DNA of 64,000 nucleotides from Octopus sinensis (Eukaryota). Location: assembly GCF_006345805.1 (NCBI RefSeq), contig NC_043013.1:56358001-56422000 (forward strand), given 5' to 3'. The notes beneath the pieces are model-generated. The model made no database searches. It was not told the origin of the DNA and saw only the letters and a list, made by a program, of their open reading frames with translations. Both the position numbers and the translations under genes were made by a program. This document shows positions 26,101-38,210 of this stretch, in pieces. How positions within the stretch are numbered: the first letter of the stretch is position 1; each line of letters starts with the position of its first letter.

Positions 26101-27191
26101 AAATGACGACTTCTGTGATTCCTGTCGTTTAAACTTGGGATAACAACACAAGCTTCCAGTCTTTGTAGATACAGAAGTAGATAAATAATTTAAGAAATTT
26201 TCCTTTGGAATTACGTGGTCTCATATTCGATTCCAAAGTGCCGCATCTTGCAAAGTCTCTTCTACCATATTCTTGAGCTGACCAAAACCTGAAACTGAAT
26301 TTTTATAGGCACAAATACTAGGAAATCTGTTGGCAGCACTGTCCTTGTTTCTGAGGTGAAAGATTTAATCCTGTAGGTCAATTTAACTTCACTGCATTAT
26401 ATTCTTAGAGCCATTAAAAGAGTCCCTTCTGTTTCATGTTCAAGGGGTGTCTCTGTTCCTAAGGTAATTTACTTTCTTCCTCTCATGAGTTGCAGAGAAT
26501 CTGAAAAAGGGCCATGTTATGCTTGTTTGGTGACTTACCTGTTCAAAAAATAAACTTAATCCTGATGCCCAAGTTTTGGAGCAGTGTCAGTCTGCACCAC
26601 CTGCCACCTATCTTTCACCAATGGTAAGCTCACATAAGTTCCTCACCTGCATGGAAGAAAGTCAATTTAGCCATAACCACACACTGTTTACTCATGTGCT
26701 GGAATGATGCCACTCTGTACATATTTAAGTTTACGTTTTAGGAAGTTAATCCTTGATGTTACTTACTTAGAGACACCATCTGATTTTAAAATGATAGTTA
26801 AGCTTCTACTAATGTATTTAATATAGCAAACATAAAACAAACTTAGAGATTTTATTGCCACATTTTAAAAATTATTTCAACATAAAACTGAGAAAATGGA
26901 AATTACATTTGTTTTTAGATTTTAAGGAAAAAGGATTTGGTGCCCATCCAAAATATTTTTCCTTTCCTTTCATGCCAAGCCACTACAGAAGGCTAGAAAC
27001 CACTTTCTTAAATGATTCTTATGTCCAGCACAAGTTAAAAAACATTATTAAGGCTTTGTGGAAAAAGAAGGAGCAGTATCTAGGAATGTTGGACAGGATC
27101 ACAAACAGATGGAATATTTTGTCCAAATTCTTTGTTAAAGGCATTCATTATCATTTTGGCTATCTCTTGAGATTTTTTTTCGTTTTTGATG

Positions 27192-27590
27192 GATTCTGAG
27201 ATGACTGATGAGTCCATTTCTTGCTCGGAAGTTCCTTCCACAAAGGGGACATGTGTGATTCCAAACAGAAGATCCCTTATAGATTGATGTTGTCTATTTT
27301 TCCTGTACTCCCTCTTTTCTACTTGTTAAGCAGTCCTACGAGTGTCAAAAGTTGTTAGCCCCTCTTTCATGATGGATTTCCAGCATTCTTGATTTTGAGT
27401 ATTTGTTCCCCAGTTCTCAGTGTCAATATAGCATTTCTTGGAGTTGGCTTTCAGGCATCTTTGTACTTCTCTCCTGCCCTCCTCCTCTTCATTTTCCTTC
27501 TTTTAGTTGGGAGTAGGGAAGCTGCTTTGGTAGATGGTTGTTTTTTTCATTTGGACAGCATGACCAGTCCATCTCAACTGTTTCTAGATG
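27192..27590 (-). mobile_element. RTE (BovB-like) LINE C-terminal fragment with C2H2 zinc finger
   Basis: Manual minus-strand translation across frameshifts: RWTGHAVQM..LPKQLPYSQLKEGK..HTCPLCGRNFRARNGLISHLRIH. Confidence 0.75.
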
Positions 27591-27735
27591 ATGATAAAGG
27601 CATCTAAGAATTAGATGATGGTGCTAAATCAGGTAACAATTAAGTCTATCCCTTGTCTGTATTGAGGTGAAGAGTGATTTTCTGACAGGTCTTAAGGTTT
27701 CTGGTGTTTGTGGCACGAAAGATGATTTATTCAGT

Positions 27736-28109
27736 ACTAGCACTCTGACCCAGCAATGCCGGGTCATAGTGCTAGTGCATGCATATACAGCTGCATGCAT
27801 GCACACATACATGTGAGTACTGTCCAAATCTCCAACCAATCACATACAGCTAGCTGTCATTCAATTGGTGTATCACGTTTCAGGCATTTTGATTGGGTTT
27901 TGGATAGAAAATTCACAAAAAAGTCACTTCTAGTGATTTTTTAATGGCTTTGCAGGGTGACTGGGGAAATGTCAAGATGTGCATGACCACCCTTGGACGG
28001 GTTTGAATGACCATAGAAAGTGCGAACCCTCTAACTGAAAAATTGTGGATTTGTATGAAGGACATGCACACACACACACAGACATTTTGCCGTTTATATA
28101 TATAGAGAT
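27736..28109 (+). mobile_element. Non-autonomous Helentron/DINE-1-like element
   Basis: 5' hairpin ACTAGCACT..TGACCC..GGGTCA..AGTGCTAGT (27736-27776), internal (CA)n, and 3' end gacattttgccgtttatatatatagag. The class assignment is inferred from architecture. Confidence 0.45.
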
Positions 28110-28592
28110 ATTATCATGAAACAAAAAACAGGGACTCACTTGGAAATAACTGTAGCTATGACAGTGTCAGACAACTCCAGCAAGATACAGTGGCATCAGG
28201 AAGGGCATCTAAGCCATAGAAACCATGACAAAGCAGGCAGGAGATCATAATGTAATCCTTGGTCCCAACAGATCTTGTCAAAGCATTCAACTCATACCAG
28301 CATGGAACAGAGATATTAATGGTGATGTGAGGATGATTCACATAAACAGAAACTTTTCTTGATGTTTGTAAAGAAAGAACAAGATGCAAAAATATGTTAA
28401 AGAGGAGCAAGTATTTTTTTTTTTGTTTGTTTCGTTATTTAATGAAGCTCAGTTTAAGTTATAACTAAGTTGGAGTTGATTTTTATTACACAAAACATTT
28501 AAAAAGCTAACTAGAATTACAAATTCAATGATATAAATGTAATATTCTTGATAGACTGTAATTGTTTATATTATTTTAGGAAGACAACTTAG

Positions 28593-28624
28593 GTCATGTT
28601 TCAGTCTTGTTATGACCTCATCAG
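28593..28624 (-). ncRNA. Degenerate hammerhead-like motif
   Basis: CTGATGA-GGTC ATAACAA GACT-GAAAC-ATGAC. Core and stem II are intact, the cleavage GUC appears mutated to GAC, and no good stem I is present. Confidence 0.45.
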
Positions 28625-30295
28625 AAAGACAGACTTTACTATACCTGCTGACATATGCTTATTTATATCTAAATAGTAAGTCTTTAAAGATTTCTTCATC
28701 AAATATATTAACACAAACTTTATTATTGTTAAGATGGATGGTGTCTCTAAGTAGTTTTATCATTAACTTATACCTAACCAAAATGTTGCCATATTTGACA
28801 CAAACAACAGCCATAATTTTTCAAATTTATGATCTTTAGTTGTTATAGCATTTTTTTCCTTCTCTCAGCAAATTAATTGCATCTGCTCAGATCAGCAGAA
28901 AATAAGAAATCCATGCTTTTAGTTTTCAGTCGACTTTGATAATTCAGTTAAAAATTGTTAAACCAAAATTAAAACTTGTCTGAAATTGCAAAGATTTTCT
29001 CTTCCTATTTACAATGATAACACTGTGAATCAGAAATTTTGTTTTTGTTTATTTATGAACACACTAGTTGCAAAAATCTGATTTTCAAAATTTCAAAATT
29101 TTTATTCTTGTTTTTCTTTTTAATTTCCTAAAATCAGATTCTATCTATTTTGTGAAGTGTTAATTCTTCCAATACTTTAATTCTGTATGTATATTTTGGT
29201 GTGTGTGTGTGTGTGTGTGTGTTCCTGAACTCATGTATGTGTAAGTCTATAATTTAAAGATGTTGGAAGATAATTGTCACTTTTCTTATCAAATTTATTT
29301 CTATGAATATTCTAGTGAGAAGCTTTGATTACCAATGTCTCTCATCCACACGGAAAGTGATGTTTATGGTTATCAGTAGGGCAAGAAAATTTGTAAATTG
29401 CATTGGTTAACAGTTTCTTAACTCTTGTGTTAATCTTGCTTCTATGCTAATCTTTAATTCTGCTTCTAATTAGTTCTTGTTTATCACTCGGATTGATTTG
29501 TTTCATCTGAAGGCAATATTCACCACATATTTATTTATATAAAACGAAAGTCTTACTGTTTTCTTTGAGTTTATTTTATACATACATTATATATACTTGT
29601 CAAGTATGGATTGGTTTGTAGCCTGTGGAAGTTCCATTTTGGGGTGGAAGGACTGTCTGGTGCCAGATAACAGTGCAATTAATATTTTAATTTATTTGTT
29701 GAAAGTTTGTAATTTAAATGAGACTGAGTCAAAATAACCCTTAAATTTGATGTAAATTAATTTGAAAAGGAAATAATTAAGAATCATATTAGATTTTGGT
29801 TCTTAAAGAAGAAATTAAGAAATTAGGAAAACTGGAAATATAAGGTTAGCTTAGTAATTTGAATAAAGATTGAAATAAAGTTAAGAAAAAGCCCAGTTAA
29901 TGTATAAAATATTGTGAAGATATCCAGAAAACTGGAAAAAAAGTTCTCCAATTGGGATTTTCAAACTGTCCCACATCCCATCATCTCTAATTTTATTTCA
30001 TAGTGACTTTAATTCAATAAAATGACACCAGGAGCTGATAACAATGATACAGAAGATAATAACCAAGAATGTTTCAACACACAATTCATAATTTAATCGA
30101 ATCCTTTCTATGGTTGGCAAAAGCCCTTAATTTGAAATCTCATTTATTGAACAGTTTTGGTTTCTTTGGTTCTACTCCCATCTCTTGTAGCACTCAACTA
30201 TTTATTTAATGTCCACCAAACTGATCTGCAGTGCTCACAAATATCTATTTCTCTCAATTGCCCTCAGTCATGTGTTTCAACCAAATCATAAAACC

Positions 30296-30449
30296 TATTT
30301 CCTTATTACCCACAGGGGGTTAAACATAGAGGGGACAAACAAGAACAGATGAATGGATTAAGTCGATTATATCGACCCCAGTGCGTAACTGGTACTTATT
30401 TAATCGATCTTGAAAGGATGAATGGCAAAGTCGACCTCTGCGGAATTTG
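30296..30449 (-). mobile_element. SINE family A long-tail form, 5'-truncated, with 17-bp TSD
   Basis: AACCAAATCATAAAACC is duplicated at 30279-30295 and 30450-30466. Confidence 0.92.
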
Positions 30450-32887
30450 AACCAAATCATAAAACCACTTGGTACAATACTTGATGGTCTCGTACTAACA
30501 ACACATTTCTTTAAATTTTGATTCTTTTTCTTACTTCTCTTTGAAAAGTAGAATCTTTCCTAAAATATTTTCTATTCAATAAATAACCTAAATAATTTAT
30601 ACTTTTACTCAATTTTATTTACAGTAAAAGCTGTTCTGTGACCCTTGTCTTCTATGAATTATTCATAAATCTTTTATATTACATTAAATATGGCAAAAGT
30701 AAAACCTGCTGTCTTGTGACCCTCAAAGAAATTTAGAACACCCAACTCTTGGTCATCACCTACAGATTGTGGACAGTTACCTCATTGAATATGATTAAGC
30801 ATATTTAAATCCTGTTGACAATTAGTTTAATCAGAACCCTAATTTTAATTATGTCTAAATCATTTAAATTCTACATTTGCTTTATCTGCAGCTAAAGTAA
30901 TTTTACATTTGTGTAAGGTTGCTCCATAGTTTAACAATTTAAACATATAAAAGAATTTAAGAGAATCTTTGAATGCTCTTCTCTGAGCATTGAGCTGTCC
31001 GTAACCCCTTTAGCCATGATATGTGTCCAGTTACATACTAAATACATGGCAACTAAAATTCATCCTTTTAACCAACATTCACTGATATGGACTCTACTGG
31101 CTTCACAAAATCAATGCCGTCTGACTACTACTTATAATATTTCTGTCTATAAATTTTGGCCGACCTGTTTTCATTTCCAGCTTCAGAAATCCATAAAATA
31201 TTGGAATATTACATTCTTCAGCATTTCACTCTGATATTGAATTAGCTTACATTACAAATAGAAAAATTACATTAAAACTATTCCTATATCTCTACCATAT
31301 TCCGAACTTCACTTTAGTCAGTTGTAATGAAAGCGGCACATTTACAATGCCTAATCTGATTACAGCTAATTGTTAACTTCTCAAATAGACTTCTTGTAGA
31401 GTTGTTGAAATGTTCTGATGTACTTTAAGTGATTTCAAAGTGTTCAGATTTCTTGTAATGAATGAAGAATGAACTTGATCCTATATTTAGTGTGCTGCAC
31501 CAGTTTTAATGCCGGCAAGTTTAAGTCAACTTTAATAATATAGAAACTAAATTATTGTTACTAGGAAGAAAACTTCACTCACAATAAACTTCCATAAAAT
31601 AATGATGTTTGTGAAGAAAATTATTTATTTAGACTGTGTTAGAATTCTGTTTTCAATATTTTGTATTCAAATTCCAGTGAGTATTGACTTTGTTATTTGC
31701 ATTTTCTCTGATTGATTAAATAAAAATTGTTATTGGCAGATTAACAGAAGATCAAAACTAGTTTGATGCTATGGGCCCCAAACTTGTAGGGTTTCACATT
31801 TCTTTGAAACATCATTTTTGAAAAATAAGTTTGTAAACTTTTATAAAAGACGAGTATTAAAAAAAACAATTTTTCTTATTAACCGTTTTATTTTAAAGCA
31901 GGTTTGGTATTATATTTTCTCAATTTATTAATATAATTTACTTTGTCCAGAACAATCAAATGATTTTTAATAGCCTAAGAGCAAATATTATGAGAGAGGA
32001 GAAAAGTTGATTTAATCAACCCCATTATATGTCTGGTACCCTTTTTATTGATGCTGGAGGCATGACAAGCAAAATACACCTCAATAAGATTTGTATTCTG
32101 AATGATAAATGAAATGCAATTAAAACATTTGGCCTGACTTTCTGCTAGTTATGCCAATTATATTTTCTGTCATTCTTGCTTTAGAGTTATTAAAACTTTG
32201 GTCCTTTGTTTAAAATAACTAAAATTCTAAAACATTGACAAGAACAATGCCTTCCAATGATGTGTTAAAAGGGGCTACGATCAATCGGCCAGTTTGAAAA
32301 TAATTCTTGGAACATTTTCAAATTTTGGTATTTTTCATGGAATTTATTCAAAAAATTTTTCACAAACTTTATACTTAATATATCAGGACTCTTTTCTTTC
32401 TAACTGCATTTCTTAAACAGAGGACACTCATTTGCAAGTGTTTTTCAACTTCAAACTGAACTACAGGGAAGAAAAAATACAAGCAACCAAATCAGGGATG
32501 TACAATGAAAGGTTTTCATACTGTATGATATATCTGATATGCTTAATGATAACACACAGACACACAAGCAGAAACAAACACACACACACACACTGAATAA
32601 TATTTGTGTGCTGTACTACAACATTATATGTGTGTGTGTGGATATATATATATTGGTAGTTGTGGAGTAAGAAAATGAAAGTTTTTGCATCAAACATCAC
32701 CCTTGAATAAGAGAAAATAAACAATAATTTATTTCATTTGTGAATATCGAGTGATACTTTAAATAATACTGTCCTAGGTCTACTATGCCTGGGGGAAGAA
32801 CTGGAAGACTTAGTCAGAGCTGGCCTGGGCTCTAGCAGGTACATCATGATGTTTGCTTGTTGTATGTTTGAGTCTGTGCTTTTGTGC

Positions 32888-32918
<31 letters not shown>

Positions 32919-33232
32919 TGTACATGAACATGTGTGAGTCGTGAATAGTTAATATATTTGACTTTAGTGCAATGTAAAAGTCATTGACCTTTTAACGTTT
33001 GATAAATAAATATTCAATAAATATTACAAACAAGTTTACTCATGTCAAATGTCGGGAAAAACTGTAATCTTATTAACATGTCAAGTTTATTTAATGCATC
33101 TTTGGTAAAGCTTCCATTGTAAAGTTTAATTAATAAAAATACATATTTTACTTTATAACAACTGCAATAATTTCAGAAGCTACATATTTGGCCAGGATTT
33201 ATAGAGACATTAACTCAAATGAAACTGAAGCT

Positions 33233-33603
33233 AGGCATGGATGTGTGGGGATGAAGATCACTTCACAGTCATGTGGTTTGGGTTTCAACTCACCGTTCAG
33301 CAACTTGGGATGTGTGTCTCCTGTTATAGCCCTAGGTGAACCAATGCTTTCCAAGCAGTCAATCCAGGTTCGACTCTTGGCTAATGCAGGCATTATCTTT
33401 CCCGTGTTGGTGCCACATAAAAAGCACCCAGTGCACTCTATAAAGTGGTTGACAGTAAGAAGGGCATCCAGAGTGAGAAACCATGTCAGAACAGACAATG
33501 GAATCTGGTAAGGCTCCCATCCTTACCAACTCCTCTCAAACCATCCAATCTGTACCAGCTTGGAAAATGGACATTAAATGATGACGATGATGATGGTGAT
33601 GAT
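33233..33603 (+). mobile_element. Chimeric SINE: family B head + RTE 3' tail
   Basis: ggcatggatgtgtgg..gggtttcaactc..caacttgggatgtgtgtc is joined to gtgccacataaaaagcacc..ggacattaaatgatgacgatg. Confidence 0.6.
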
Positions 33604-34014
33604 ACTGTGCTGAGTCCATCATTAGAAATATGGTCTCCAACAGGTTAAACATTGTTGTCTCCTGTTGAGATTGTTGTTTAATGCCCAGCCTGGTTAGGCT
33701 TCAACAGGTGTCTCCAAATTAATTCGAAGTGATTCTCTCCCTGGTTAATATGAGTCTGTTCAATCAGGACTCACCTAGGTGCCAATAAAAACAAGGAAAG
33801 CAACAAAAACAAGCTGTCTACTGAGACAAAGCAACAGCTTCGTCTCTCTCTCTCTCTCTCTCTCTTGCCACTCACAGACATGACTCAGTTTCTTAATGAA
33901 ATTTACTTGTAAGCTTCTCACTTTAACTAAGTGCAAAGATTTCTCTGTAGAGTTTTTACATTTATATAACAACCCATTAATCTTTCTCTGGCTTAAACAG
34001 AGTTGAATCAAGCA

Positions 34015-34131
34015 TAACCTCCACCTCCTCCTTCTCCTCCATCACCTCCTCCTCCTTCACCCCCTCTTCCTCGTCATCGTCTGTGTCATTGCCATTGTTA
34101 TCATCATCATCATCGTCATCGTCGTCATCGA

Positions 34132-34165
<34 letters not shown>

Positions 34166-34312
34166 GCCATCAACATCGTCTTTACTATTATCATCATCAT
34201 CATCATTACCATCATCACTACCACTGCCACCGCTATTGCTGCCACCGCCGCCACTACGGCCACCACCACCACCACCACCAACAACAACAACACAGCCATC
34301 ATAATCACGATC
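34015..34312. repeat. Compound trinucleotide tract (CCT/CAT/CCA/CAA)
   Basis: Directly visible; explains the poly-D/G ORF. Confidence 0.93.
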
Positions 34313-34764
34313 AATCATTGATTCATCAGAGTAATTAGATCTAACACTGATGAAGCAGTAACGCAGCCTCCCTTCAGTATTTCAACTTACTCGAATAAAC
34401 AATATTCACAAACACAAAACACATTTGATAATATACTCCAAGGTACACTGTAGCTGGCAAGCAGAATACAACAGGTATTTTTGCTGTATGACGACAATGA
34501 AACTGACAAAATTGCTTATAATAGAGTAAGAATATAAATTCTTCATAAACCAATGAATGTTTGAGAATAGCCTCATCAGGGTTGCATCGTTTGACCATTG
34601 CATATTTTAGATTTTAAATCCAGAAGTGTAGAAATGACATTTGCTTTGAGAGTGCAAACCCAGCTCCAAAATTTTTTATAACAAGGAAGAATTTTATCAA
34701 TCTTATTATCAAAACAAACACAAGAATAATAATAATAATAATTATTATTATTATATTTGTATGA

Positions 34765-35200
34765 GGTGGCAAAAGCTGTCAGGATTGCTAGCAGACCTTG
34801 TTAAATTCTCCGGAGTTTTTTATTCTGTTTGCACGTTCTGAGTTCAAATTCTGTAGAGGTTGACTTTTCCTTTCATCTTTTCGGTGTTGATAGATTAAGT
34901 TCCAGTGAAAGACTGGTGTCGGTGTAATTGACTAGTCCCCCCCCCCAATTTCTGGCCTTGTGTCTTTAATAGAAAGGATTATTCTTATGTTTGTATAAAT
35001 TGGCAAACTGACAGAAATGGTAGCAAGCTGAGCAAAATGCTTACTGGCAACTTGTCCAGTTTAGGTTCTGAGCTCAAATTTTGTCATGGTTGATTTTGCC
35101 TTTTATTTTTTCAGGGTCAATCAAACCTGTCGAGCACAGGGATCAACGTAATTGACTCAACCACTGTTCAGGAATTGCTGACCTTACACTAAAATTTGAA
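34765..35200 (+). mobile_element. Two adjacent SINE family A copies
   Basis: Copies at ~34765-34980 and ~35000-35200, each with gagttcaaat/gagctcaaat and the short tail. Confidence 0.8.
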
Positions 35201-35872
35201 ACCATTTTTATAATATTTGTTCCAACAATGGCAAAATGACTTTTTCAAATCAGTCCAAAAATGTTTCTACAATTTGTTTTAGCAATGAAGTTTATCAGGA
35301 GGATATTCATTGCTCCCACAAAATATTAGGGGGTGCAATGACATCCCCTGCAGCCTCTATTCCTAAGCCTAGGCTTACATCATATTCTTTCATGCAGGCA
35401 GCCCAACCAAGGATAATCCGGCTTCTCCCTGCCTTCAGTTAACCCTTCTGCTAACCTCACTAATCACTTCCTTTTTAGTCAGAGCCATTGATAGGATTTC
35501 TCTGCAGCCTCCACAATTTTCTTCATATTTCTTCTGCTGTTTGCTCTTGCAAATAACCAAGAATCGATAGGTCCTACAGAAGGGAATCAGCTGCACCCCC
35601 TCACTTGATAACCTCCATTGAAGGATGTAAAAATAAGAAAGGCTGACATAAAACAACATTGTCCTCTGGAATTCCTCATTCTCCATGTCCCTTTGAAAAA
35701 GAACATTTTGTTAAACAAGCCGAGAATATGAGGAGCAGAGAGGACATTTTAGTGTTGTGAAGGACATGAAATACCTCTTAGTGGTGGTGCTGTGATAAAA
35801 CAGACTGTGTAAAGTGGTTGGTGTTAGGAGAGGCATCCAGCTTTAGCAATGACGAAACATATGAATAAGATA

Positions 35873-36880
35873 CAGGGTGACCCCCCCCCCCCAAAAAAAA
35901 AAACTGAACCCATAAAAATTTTATTAAATCCTACAAAGGTGCAGCAAATTCCTTGTTAATTTGATCGACTTAAACTTCTGTCTGTGTACGATCATTCCCT
36001 TTGTATAAAAGTCATGTTCTTTTCAAAATATGCTCCAAATGGCCTCCGCAGCATAGAGGAATGTGTTTGAGTAATTGACAATTTTGTGCAGTGTATGCAA
36101 GTGTGCCTCCAGGCACACTTGCATACACTGCACAAAATTGTCAATTACTCAAACACATTCCTCTTTAGGGATTTCCCTGATTTCTGCTGTGATTGCTGCT
36201 TTCAGTTCACCAATCATTTGAGGGTTGTTCTGGTAAACATTATCCTTGAGTTACCCCCACAGATAAAAATCTGGGTGGGGTTCACCCCCTCTTCTTCCTC
36301 CACCGGTTAATCTGGTGCCCACTCAACATCACACTTCCTGCTGATCAGTCTCTCCTGAAATTGATCTCTAAGCCAGGCCAGGGAGTCATTTGATGCAGGG
36401 TTGGAGGTGGCTCCATCTGGCTGGAACCACTGTTCATCTCGATCTGTCCCTCTGTGTTTTCCCAGTGATGTCCAAAGCTTGCTCAGCCCTTCCCCCATAG
36501 TGCTCCATACCCACTGTTTGAGCTCTCTTATTTTCCTCTTTGAACCAATATGGGCTGATGATGCCATGTTTAGAGAATGCTACCCATGCTGTGCATTTTG
36601 CTGAGGGTATCAACCTCTGAAACGCTTCCTCCGATGCGGATGTACCCCAATGAACGTTATTGCTCGCACTGCAGTGTAGGATTTGTTGGTGAAATAGGCC
36701 TCCGGGCAAAATATCTTTTCTTTCGTTGACCAAGACATGTTGGGGTAGACTATTGTTCCAATCTTTCATGCACAAAGTCAACTTGTAGACCCTGAAAAAG
36801 AAAAGAAGAAAAAGTAAAATTAACAGTTTTCTTCAACGATTTGTGGGTTGATTTTTTTTATGGTGGGGGGGGACACCCTG
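35873..36880 (-). mobile_element. Tc1/mariner-superfamily DNA transposon, internally deleted, both TIRs present, TA TSD
   Basis: TA|CAGGGTGACCCC ... GGGGACACCCTG|TA. Transposase remnants include NNVHWGT, AKCTAWVAFSKHGII.PY.F, WFQPDGAT and C-terminal GGHLEHIL, with stops and frameshifts. Confidence 0.92.
36055..36164. repeat. Perfect 54-bp inverted repeat with 2-nt spacer
   Basis: 36055-36108 is the exact reverse complement of 36111-36164 (checked base by base). Confidence 0.97.
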
Positions 36881-37991
36881 TATGATCCTCTAACATAGGT
36901 AGTTGCAATGGTGGTGGTGGTGGTGGAGATGATGATGACAATAGTGATGCTGCTGCTGATGATGATGATGATGCTGCTGATGATGATGATGGTGGTGGTG
37001 GTGGTGGTAGTGGTGGTGGTGGTGGTGGTGGTGATGGGGATGATGCCAACTCTGATGACTATAGTGTGCTGTCTGAGGGTGATTCTTCGGCTATTTTTAA
37101 CAGGTCAAATCACCATATATAGACTCTCTCATTCACTGAAACCTAACATGTTTATTTTACTGTTGGCCATTTCCAAATAACTCACAGAATCTCCGCCAAT
37201 AAATATTGTTCCAGTTAAGAACTTCCCCAATTTTTGTAAGAGGAATACAATAGAAATTTTGGTAAGTACCAGCATATGGCATTATATTGGAAAGATTTGT
37301 TAGTTTCCTTAACTGATAGGTCAGATTTGTTTTGTTTTTAGAGTTGAACTGGAAAAAAAGAAAAATAATGCCAACTGCAGTTCATTGGAATAATAACAAT
37401 AGACAAAAGCTGCATTAAATCATGGTTAAGCAAGGAAATAAACACAGACATTTTGTATTCTCTGTTATCTGGTAACCATTATGGTTAGTATAAGAAACAA
37501 TATGAAAACTACACAGAAGGAAGAGAGTTGAAAGCTTGGAGACGGAATGTCTGAATATAATTAAATAAGAAATTTTGTTTAGTGTTAGATAGAAATCTGA
37601 AGTAAAAATTGAAAATGAAACTAAAGTTTGAAGATGGTATTATCTATTTAAAGCAAATATGTATAAAAAAAGAAGAAAACTCACAATTTATTATAAAAAC
37701 CAAATAAGATAGAAATAGTGTTTATTTTAACAAGAGCTCTGCCATAATTATTATAACAAAATATTTCTATGAACAGTGATTGCTAACTCTTCCTTGACAG
37801 CAGGAATTCACAGATTTCTTCTCCTCTCAATATGTAATTAATATTTCATATAGTTTTAATAACTTTTATTGAACACGTGTACAAAATAGCTGAGACAAAA
37901 TAGTCTTAACATAAGTGTTTATAGGTTTAGAAGTTGTTCTGATAGATTCGCTCTTTAGAGTTGTCAAACAATATTCATTCAAGTCTAATTT

Positions 37992-38210
37992 AAGGTGGTG
38001 AACTGGCAGAATTGGTCACATGGCGTGAAAAAGGCTTAGCAGCATTTCATTCATTTTTGCATTCTGAATTTAAATGCTGCCAAGGTCGAACTTTGCCCTT
38101 CATCTTTTCAGGTTCACTAAAGTAAGTACCAGTTGTGGACTGGGGTTGATGTAATCGACTTATCCATTCCCAAGCACTTGCTGGCTTTTTGCTAAAGATT
38201 GGAACCAATA
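37992..38210 (+). mobile_element. SINE family A, short-tail
   Basis: aaggtggtgaactggcagaattgg..gtaccagttgtggactggggttgatgtaatcgac. Confidence 0.85.

Noticed and set aside
27200-27230. CTGATGAGTCC on the plus strand
   Set aside because: It is the antisense of the RTE zinc-finger codons (GLISH) and has no GAAA or stem II partner.
33977-34318. Acidic Gly/Asp/Glu-rich ORF resembling a shell or matrix protein
   Set aside because: Entirely explained by a compound trinucleotide microsatellite; no splice or unique-sequence support.
34548-34580. CTGATGAggctattctcAAAC on the minus strand
   Set aside because: Lacks G12 and a credible stem II/III; too weak to call an HHR.
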